From Thraustochytrium aureum (taxonomy: Eukaryota), in the NCBI GenBank assembly GCA_012862495.1, contig BLSG01000329.1:170495-207672 (forward strand): DNA of 37,178 nucleotides. Direction: 5' to 3'. This document shows, one piece after another, positions 30,801-37,178 of this stretch (positions within the stretch are counted from its first letter, which is position 1; each line of letters begins with the position of its first letter). A model generated the notes under the pieces. It saw nothing but the letters and a program-made list of their open reading frames with translations, was not told the DNA's origin and made no database searches. A program made the position numbers and the translations under genes.

Positions 30801-32321
30801 CACAGCCAGAATGCGTTCGCCGAAACTCACAGAGTCGAATCCTGCTCTGATGGCACTGCCGTTTGGAGGCCGGATGTTGAAGCCGATGGCAGTCACGATT
30901 GAATCGATGAGCAACACGAAATACACGAAGAAAGCGACGAGGTCAGCCTGAGAGTGGTCCTCTAGATCTACAGAGCCTTCGAAAGCCACGTTGATTTGTT
31001 TCTTGACCGCCTCGCGGCAGGCCACGTCGTGCACGAAGAACATTGTGTATGCAGACCAACACACCCCAGCCGTTGTGACACGCTCTTTGCGTTGCTGCGG
31101 AGTTTCCTGGCTGTCTACGATCTGCTCGAACACTCCGCCTCTGCCTGTATTCGCGACGAGGGATGAGATGTTCTTGACGCCAGCGGAGGAGCAGGAACGC
31201 GCTAGAGTCTGAAAAACACCAGTGTTGTCCACGAAGCCGAGTCGCACGGCAAGGATGCTTTCCTCCAAAGTTGTCCCATTCTTCTTCCCCGGTACAAAGC
31301 TTTTGGAGAGCAACTTGCCGTTCTCGTTTCCAAGAATGCTTTCGGACCCTCCGATGACTCCGCCCGAGCCTTGGTTGCCTTGGGTCCCCGGGGTCGGCTC
31401 ATTCTTAAGAAACCAGTTAAAGAATACGCGATCCGAGGATGCCTTGCACTCGTCTACAAAGCTTGACACGAGGACGAACGCGCACCGGTCGGTGAGCCGA
31501 ACGGCTTGTGTGCTGTCAAAAATTTGGCCAGACACGAGGTCGGTGAAAATCGCAAAGGTTTCGTTGACGGCTTCCACGGAGATCGACATGGATTGAGGAT
31601 CCCCGCACGGACCGCACTCTGGCCCTTCTATCGTGCCAAGGAGGCACGCGAGTCCAGGGCCTATCTGAGGCGACGCACCAAACTCTGCCCCGCGCGGCGT
31701 GGCGGGCGAGGGCGGCGGATCAGCCAAGTACTGGGATTGGCGAAATGCGCCGAGCATCTGCGGCAGGATGCTTTGGGCGCAGAAACTTTCGGTCTCGCTC
31801 AGCACGTCGAAGAAGAACGTGGTCACCGAGAGAACGACTGTTTTAGACGTTTGATTCAAGGCGGTCTCCACGGGCGCCAAGGGGCGCTGGGCGCCGTCCT
31901 TCAGTGCCGTCGAGATCTGCAGGAGATCTGCAGAGCTACACATCGCGCACCAAGGCACCGCTCCGACCTGGGTCGACGCGAGGGGCTCCGCGCCGCTCCC
32001 TAAAAACGCACGCGCTTGCAAAAGCGCCCTCAAGAGGGTCATCGAGATCCCCACATCCCCTTCCTCAGATTCGGGCGGGGAAAGAACAGCCCCGAGCCAC
32101 TCGCTTCCATCGCCGGCCTCGATGGCGTTGTCACAGGCCTCGACGCCCGTTGCCACCACCAGCACAATGTACACGAACGAGAAAAGCAGCGTCACCAGCA
32201 CCATGGCCAGCGCACAGTTGAGCGGCCGGCTGCCGACGCCCTCCAGCAGCACGACGGCCGGGTTGTTGGCCCGGACCTTCCAGCCCGTGCTGGCCCATTG
32301 GCTCGTGCCCACCGTGCTCAT
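27900..32321 (-). CDS. Large multi-pass membrane protein with Cys-rich ectodomain, ~7-TM block and C-terminal class 3 lipase domain
   Basis: 1473-aa intronless ORF. Lipase_3 motifs VFVSFRGT..NARTDL, VHRGF, TTGHSLGG, TFGAPRSGN, GDPIPKTP, YIHIGTEV and ADH. Seven hydrophobic segments lie at ~30585-29500. A signal-like MVLVTLLFSFVYIVLVVATGVEA starts at an alternative ATG at 32204. Confidence 0.88.
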   Translation of the reverse strand: MSTVGTSQWASTGWKVRANNPAVVLLEGVGSRPLNCALAMVLVTLLFSFVYIVLVVATGVEACDNAIEAGDGSEWLGAVLSPPESEEGDVGISMTLLRALLQARAFLGSGAEPLASTQVGAVPWCAMCSSADLLQISTALKDGAQRPLAPVETALNQTSKTVVLSVTTFFFDVLSETESFCAQSILPQMLGAFRQSQYLADPPPSPATPRGAEFGASPQIGPGLACLLGTIEGPECGPCGDPQSMSISVEAVNETFAIFTDLVSGQIFDSTQAVRLTDRCAFVLVSSFVDECKASSDRVFFNWFLKNEPTPGTQGNQGSGGVIGGSESILGNENGKLLSKSFVPGKKNGTTLEESILAVRLGFVDNTGVFQTLARSCSSAGVKNISSLVANTGRGGVFEQIVDSQETPQQRKERVTTAGVCWSAYTMFFVHDVACREAVKKQINVAFEGSVDLEDHSQADLVAFFVYFVLLIDSIVTAIGFNIRPPNGSAIRAGFDSVSFGERILAVTAGNSSDPLKVLNASNDEDNFTSLVPPDLDGFNDVYGECFQRLDAAPGELTNLLKFLSNIEECRGPTIQLEAGWIIQFVLFVFMLLVALLHVFWLVRGPRTPYSVALLALVLGNALLCNGAYVISGLSSANATSLMHLMFFNVSSPEVAQSAAVLEKYEAAAQSIGLAAIYIFHVFTMIELGARTEGEHSAEAEPEAAASKRLVENGSAQDHQSGIRTGSKRSVCRFPLSSHSPKSERLAAHFAVAAVWAFLRGFVAQFLLFCTMGFVPFVGWISAVRICLVDGVTPFPRCNSPDVDEMLGALPFGGMVLVTLCDAVMLYLASRETRLCKASLDELSFTSARRRQLLFYLKVLLSELAGVSTFIAAIMYCSMINVILGYNGHIAIAANSTDGGQGVRATYLGVSMMRTGVQYWSFGFFLIIFIASMGWLILLVPAQSSLGRLLLSTVSKEQLVVSFVPTEAHALGSSAAPHLHQQGSSGQGAFHGNAATTKVANAVLFDQQTFCLETQFINMMLTLSSYHVGPGQDGSGFVPPGWRVLGYISNEATDTHAWVVASDTKVFVSFRGTTSARNARTDLTLTLARLRWAGNGDAANYSPENSPVESAPVEQDLSRGPQHSKMLDPDVCTQRANALLVQYSQSVRSPKVHRGFLVAFRSVQDEVLRAVLKVFQDQPSRPRLIVTTGHSLGGGLAYLAGAFLGTAIPKALVQVSTFGAPRSGNFSFRRYVTMHTASCWRAVKRGDPIPKTPPRNPCSGSHGYIHIGTEVLLDLSGDVVVDPTLLEHTLLHRCKRGTLGADHKALTYMTAYLAFALGLQAQSRGAPGCKDEEKDEPSQNFYPKLWPNIRKRINDYVVLTLRSQGATLADLSLLPTSPENAESSAEDGADAETSGSPSSVVFTGARSGKPIDSAARRVAAMIGDFLRLEALADGEFERGNTVSPGQDAALFEAKGSRKQPPSDVVDETALVLE

Positions 32322-32740
32322 CGTTGCCGCTGCTCTGCGCGTCAGGATGCGTTGCTGCTCTGCTCTGCGTGAGACACTGAGACACTGACTGACTGTCGGG
32401 ACTCATGACCGACTCGACCTCCTCATGTCGAGAGTAGGTATGGAGTGAGGAGTCCTGATTGTGCGAGAGAGTGCTGTGCTGAATGAAGTGTAACTGAACT
32501 GACGAGGAGCTCGCAGGCGGATGGGCGGCGGATGGATGATGGATGGGCAGGCCGGCATCACGGCGGCTGGCGGTTGATGGCCCGCATGCAAGGCCGAAAC
32601 AGCCTTCTCGCAGCTGCGCAAGCATAGCGCTCGCTGGCCAGCGCGGCCTCGCGGCGTTGACGCAGTGCGACCTCAGCAAAAGCGTGGAACGTCCTGCCTC
32701 CCTGGGCGCCCACGTGCGCCCAGCTGCCAGGATTCCCTTG

Positions 32741-32780
32741 CGCCGATGTGCGCCGATGTGCGCCGATGTGCGCCGATGTG
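32741..32780. repeat. Minisatellite (CGCCGATGTG)x4
   Basis: Four perfect 10-bp units are directly visible. Confidence 0.95.
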
Positions 32781-33327
32781 CTGTGAGCTGCCAGGGATCG
32801 AACGGCCTGCTTGGGCCAGCCCGGAGGCCTCGATCAAGCGCGGCGCGGAGGGCTTGCCGTCAACTCTTGGCCAGCATGACGCGNNNNNNNNNNNNNNNNN
32901 NNNNNNNNNNNNNNNNNNNNNNNNNNNNNNNNNNNNNNNNNNNNNNNNNNNNNNNNNNNNNNNNNNNNNNNNNNNNNNNNNNNNNNNNNNNNNNNNNNNN
33001 NNNNNNNNNNNNNNNNNNNNNNNNNNNNNNNNNNNNNNNNNNNNNNNNNNNNNNNNNNNNNNNNNNNNNNNNNNNNNNNNNNNNNNNNNNNNNNNNNNNN
33101 NNNNNNNNNNNNNNNNNNNNNNNNNNNNNNNNNNNNNNNNNNNNNNNNNNNNNNNNNNGCTGCTCGACGGCGCCCGCCGCCCTAAAGGCCGAGCCGCCCA
33201 GGCCGGATCGCTGCAGTGGAGCAGGGGTCGCGAGCCTGGTAGACGGCCGCGGGCGACGGGGCCAACCCACCGTGCTCCCAGCGAGCCTGCCGAGCTGTGG
33301 GGCTTGCGGGCGGGCCGCTGCGACGCC

Positions 33328-36154
33328 ATGGCCTCGGGGAGCAGAAGGTCGGGCAGGCCCTTCGACCGCAGTCTTTCGCGGTGGGCCCGTGCCGCGGTTT
33401 GCGCTCTCGCCGCGCTCGGGGCAAGCTGCAGCCTTGCAACAGGGCCCGTGATCGCCTTGAAGTGGAGCGAGGAGGCCTCGCAGTTCTTCTTCGCTGAGGA
33501 GCTGCTCGGATCCACCGGGCAACTCGACGCGGACCTGAGTCGCGCAGGGGAAAGCCAGGTGCTGACGCATTCCTCGCTCGGCAAGGTGTACGAGAAGGGC
33601 AACGCAACGTGCTCGACGCCGCTGAGCGACTGGGTGCAAAAACGAGTCGGTGTGGGCGCGCAGGGAGTGAGCGGGCCAAGACAGTTCAGGTAAGTTGATC
33701 AAGACAGGTGGAGGCGCACATGGCTCTGCAAAGGGCTGACAGAGAGGGTTTGTGCAGCATCACGGTGGAAAGCCTTCATCGCAACGCCCGTTTCCGCGTT
33801 GGCCTCGTCCCGAACGACGACCGCCTGCCTGGAGAGATGTTTTACCGGGAGTGGATGGCGGACTCTGAGGGATGTTGGGTTGTGGCTGGAGTGCCAGACG
33901 ACCTGGCGGACAGGCACGAGGACACACTCTGGGGCGCTTACGGCGTCGGTGCGCTTCCTCCAGCTCGCCGCATCGTAAGTCTTCCTTGCAGCCCAATTCT
34001 CGCCGCACTCGGGGGTGACACGGACACAGCAAAGCACTGACACGGACACCCGGCCGGCCTGGTCGCATGCAGAAGTTGGACGTGGACCTGGACGCAGAGC
34101 TTGTCCGCTTTACATCCACCAAGCGGAAAGCGAACCGGGCCGGCGGAAACGGCGACACGAAGGCAAACGCAGAAGCGCCAGCCGGCGCAGACCCGCGCAA
34201 CGAGGCCGACCAGCACTCGGCAGGGAGCTTTGGTAGCCCGTTCCTTGAGCTCTCGCTGAACGGCTTTGCCACGCTTGTCGCCCAGCCTGACGGCGGGCTG
34301 GACGAGTCGCGGGAGCACACTGCGATCAAACAGACCCTGCTACTGAACGGTGTGCAGTTTGACTTTGAGCTGTCCAACTTTGGCCCAGAGCTGCCGCTCG
34401 GAGCCACCGTCACGGCGCCGCTGGTGCTGGCTTCTCCGATAAACGCGTGCAAGCCCCAGCCCGCGGAGGTCGTGCAGCGGCTCCGCGGGGGGATCATGTT
34501 CGCGCTGAGAGGCGACTGCGACTTTCTCGACAAGGTGATGGTTGCCCAGAACGCCGGTGCGGTGGCCGTTGTGGTTGCCGACTACAAGAACGTAGCGAGT
34601 GCGTCCAAGTCGAGCACGACCAAGCAAGACTTGATCATCATGGACCAATTCGGCCGGGACGAAGAGGCCGCCAAGGTTCTGATCCCGTCCGTGTTTGTTT
34701 CCAACGCAGCGTTCAAGTACCTACAGGAACAGGAGCGAATGGGGCGACGCCTGCAGGTCAAGTTGAATGGCCCCATGTACGCCCCGGCGCATCACGGCGT
34801 GCATTGGAAGACTGTTGGGCTACTTCCTGCGGTGTGGCTCAGTCCAGGCGCCCGTGTTCGCGTCACGCGCGAGGACCCGACGCCGCTTCGGCCCGAAACC
34901 CAGCTGGACCTGGCGTCCGCGGGGCAGTGTCAAGCGGTGCCATTCCTGCCGTTGGCTGCGTCTGAGGCCCGGGCCATTCTGTCGCGCGTCCAGGGCGGCG
35001 AAAAGCATATCGGCGAGAGCGGCCGGCAGGGCTTTCCACTCTCGGTAGCGACCGGAGAAGAGTCAAAGCAGCTCGTCGCAGCCGGCAGAGCCTGCTCTGG
35101 AACTGTTGCAGGAGGCAAGGCATCCGGTACGCCGAGGTTCTCGTGGCTTTCGCCGAATTCGCCGCGCCGCGTTGCCTTGCCTTGGCAGGTGCGAGTTGAG
35201 GAGTCTGCCGCTTTCCCGTGGTTCAACTTCCCCAACGCAGGTCGCGTCGTGTCCAGTCCCTCACCAAGTGTGGAGCTGAAGAACCTGCAGACACCGTTTA
35301 AAGCGGGCTGGGCGCTTGCATCTGCTCCAGAGCTGAGCCGGACATGGGGCGCCCTTGGAGGAGGAGACAGAGCTAGCATCCTGTCGAAGGAGGATTGCGC
35401 CCTTGGGGCTGCAATCGACTTTGTGGATAGCTTGTCTGCGATCAGGCTCTCTTGGCAAGGGGACAGTGCAGCAGGAGCCGCGGCGGCGGGATTCTGCGTT
35501 TTCGCGTACACTCTAGTTGTGCCTGGAACGATGTTGCAGGCAGAGCCGCACGGCCTGTTCAACAGCGCAGTGCGCACTCAACGATTTCTGTACTGGCAGG
35601 TCAGCATTCGCTCGAGCGGGCCAGCAACTATTGCTGGTGTCGTCTCGGTTCCGTTCGGCAAGGATCTTGCAAGGGCTTGGGCTGTGGGCAGCGACGGCGT
35701 CCTGGTGTACGAGGGCAAGCGCGTGACGGTTTCATCGTCCTCGGAAGCAGTGATGAAGTCGCGACGGTGGACGGACGCAATGGGCATCTTGCTCGACCTC
35801 GAGGCCAACGAAGTGACTTTCTTCACTTGCCCAAACAGGTCGCGGTGGCTCACGATGAAGCTCGCGGCGCCAGCGCGATCAGTAGCTCCGGTTCTTGGCA
35901 CTCTGGCCAGCGAGCAGCCCGGGCCTGGGAGGAGCCTGAATGGTGGTGCGTTCGTGTCCGAGAATGGAGGCCATCGACCCCTCGCTGGGGCGCTTGGGTT
36001 TGCGCCTTTTGTCGTGCTAGGGCGTGGCGCCGTGGTGAATGTTAGCGAGCTCTACCCGGCTGGCTATGCCGACCAGGTGAACGAGTTTGTGCAGTCGAGT
36101 ATCAGCAAGATGCGCTGTGTTGAACTCGGCAGCGGGATCAGCGCCTGCACTTGA
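33328..36154 (+). CDS. Probably secreted protein with SPRY-like domain, PA (protease-associated) domain and C-terminal SPRY-like domain; exons 33328-33689, 33758-33974 and 34073-36154
   Basis: Introns 33690-33757 (GTAAGT..GCTGAC..CAG) and 33975-34072 (GTAAGT..CTGAC..CAG) link three ORFs in frame. PA motif NFG...LASPINAC...ALRGDCDFLDKVMVAQNAGAVAVVVAD...IPSVFVS. SPRY-like strands QFSITV...FRVGLV...KLDVDLDAELVRF and YWQVSI...AWAV...MGILLDLEANEVTFF. Confidence 0.75.
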
Positions 36155-36359
36155 AAACCCTCTCATCCATGAACAACAAGTCTATTTCTTTGCTAGCGCT
36201 TACTTACACGTTCGGAAACCGCTTCTCTGTCGATAGACTGGCACGGCACTTACTTGTCTATCTGGCAACTGGCGATTGCCGCCCGCGCTTTGGCAGAGAT
36301 CGACCCGACGCAAAGTCGTTGGAAGGCCGTGAACAGGCTGGCCAGCTCCTGTCGCTGCG

Positions 36360-37178
36360 TTACACATTGGACAAACGATCGTATCGCACTGATTGCTTGC
36401 CAGAGCACAATAGTCGAAAGAAGCACGCCACCCCAATCGACGGGGGCACAAGCAAGATGGAAGCGAAGGAGCGCGATGGGCGCTCTAGCGAAGAATCCGG
36501 ACCGCCCCGCAGCGGGGCGATTGGCGAGCACGTTGGCGCGGCTGTGGCGTCAGCGTGTTCGGGCGCCCGAAGACCATGCGGCGCAGCAGTGAACGGCGGC
36601 GCAGGCGGCTTGACCGTCGCGCCCGACTCGAAGGAGATTGTGTCGGACGACCACACGGTTCGGCCCTTTACGACGTGCCCCGCGTTCGACATGGACCAGT
36701 TTTCGTTTGTTCGCGCGTTGACGATGTGCGACTGCGGCTCGATGAGAGGAGTCGCGCCGCCCACTTGCTTGCCCCAAGCCGCGTCGACTTTGGCTTTTGC
36801 CGCAATGGATAGCAGTTGGCCCCGGCGGCAGCGCCGGCAGCGTGGCTTCGAACGCTGCGATATAGGGCCAAATGTCCCTGTCGCTGACCCCCTCGTCCGT
36901 GCTGAGCTGGATGTCGGCCCCTTTGAGAGCCAAATCGTTGATAGCGTTGCTCTGGCCAGTCCACTTGCCCCCTCCGGACCAGCGTGTCTTTCCGAAGAGC
37001 GCCTCGGTCCGGTTGACGTAGGTCTGGTCCTTCAACCTCCACGTGAACTCCAGGTAGGTCTCGTCGACATGCATGGCGCCGCCGACCTCCCAAGCAAACG
37101 ACTTGGCCTTGTCAAGGCGCACCCACTGCACGTATGGCTGGACGAGGTCTGTGATTAGAAGCGCAAGGCGCACGTTTC
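36360..37178 (-). CDS. 3' part of a single-pass membrane protein, probably a protist M14 zinc carboxypeptidase-like protein (runs off the window; apparent +1 frameshift at 36820-36823)
   Basis: NVRLALLITDLVQPYV, WEVGGAMHVD and, after removing one G, AKVDAAWG..PQSHIVNARTN..W..V.GR.VW.S recall the C-terminal region of stramenopile/alveolate M14-like proteins (from memory; catalytic motifs would lie outside the window). Ends with a hydrophobic segment and YDRL tail. Confidence 0.55.

Noticed and set aside
33690..33707. Ultra-short 18-nt intron GTAAGT...GACAG
   Set aside because: It leads to a stop within a few codons. The acceptor at 33757 has a GCTGAC branch point and restores the frame.
1..37178. 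Transposons, rRNA/tRNA genes or a biosynthetic gene cluster
   Set aside because: No transposase, reverse transcriptase or integrase motifs, terminal repeats or recognisable structural RNAs were seen, and the neighbouring genes are functionally unrelated.

Overview
GC-rich eukaryotic genomic DNA from a draft assembly with seven N-gaps (5937-6353, 8426-8660, 14373-14563, 19565-20113, 21273-21917, 27518-27532, 32884-33158). It is gene-dense, with short GT-AG introns that carry strong GCTRAC branch points. Gene content and intron style suggest a protist, possibly a stramenopile such as a thraustochytrid (inference only). About 15 genes can be supported: GH16-WSC glucanase, M20 acetylornithine deacetylase, DUF4062-NACHT-WD40 (NWD1-like) protein, calmodulin-like protein, RCC1-EF-hand-LRR protein, TMEM19/DUF92, an ATAD3-like AAA ATPase fused to a MYRF-type autocleaving ICA/peptidase S74 domain, a SWEET transporter, a DUF4833-like protein, anamorsin/Dre2, a C12orf56/DUF4551-like protein, a sulfotransferase, a multi-TM class 3 lipase, a secreted SPRY-PA-SPRY protein and the 3' part of a probable M14 carboxypeptidase. 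Four reading-frame breaks sit at 4-nt homopolymers and are probably sequencing errors. The best candidate for a novel system is the ICA-coiled-coil-ATAD3 fusion, followed by the 7TM-like lipase. All family assignments come from motif recognition by eye; no searches were run.
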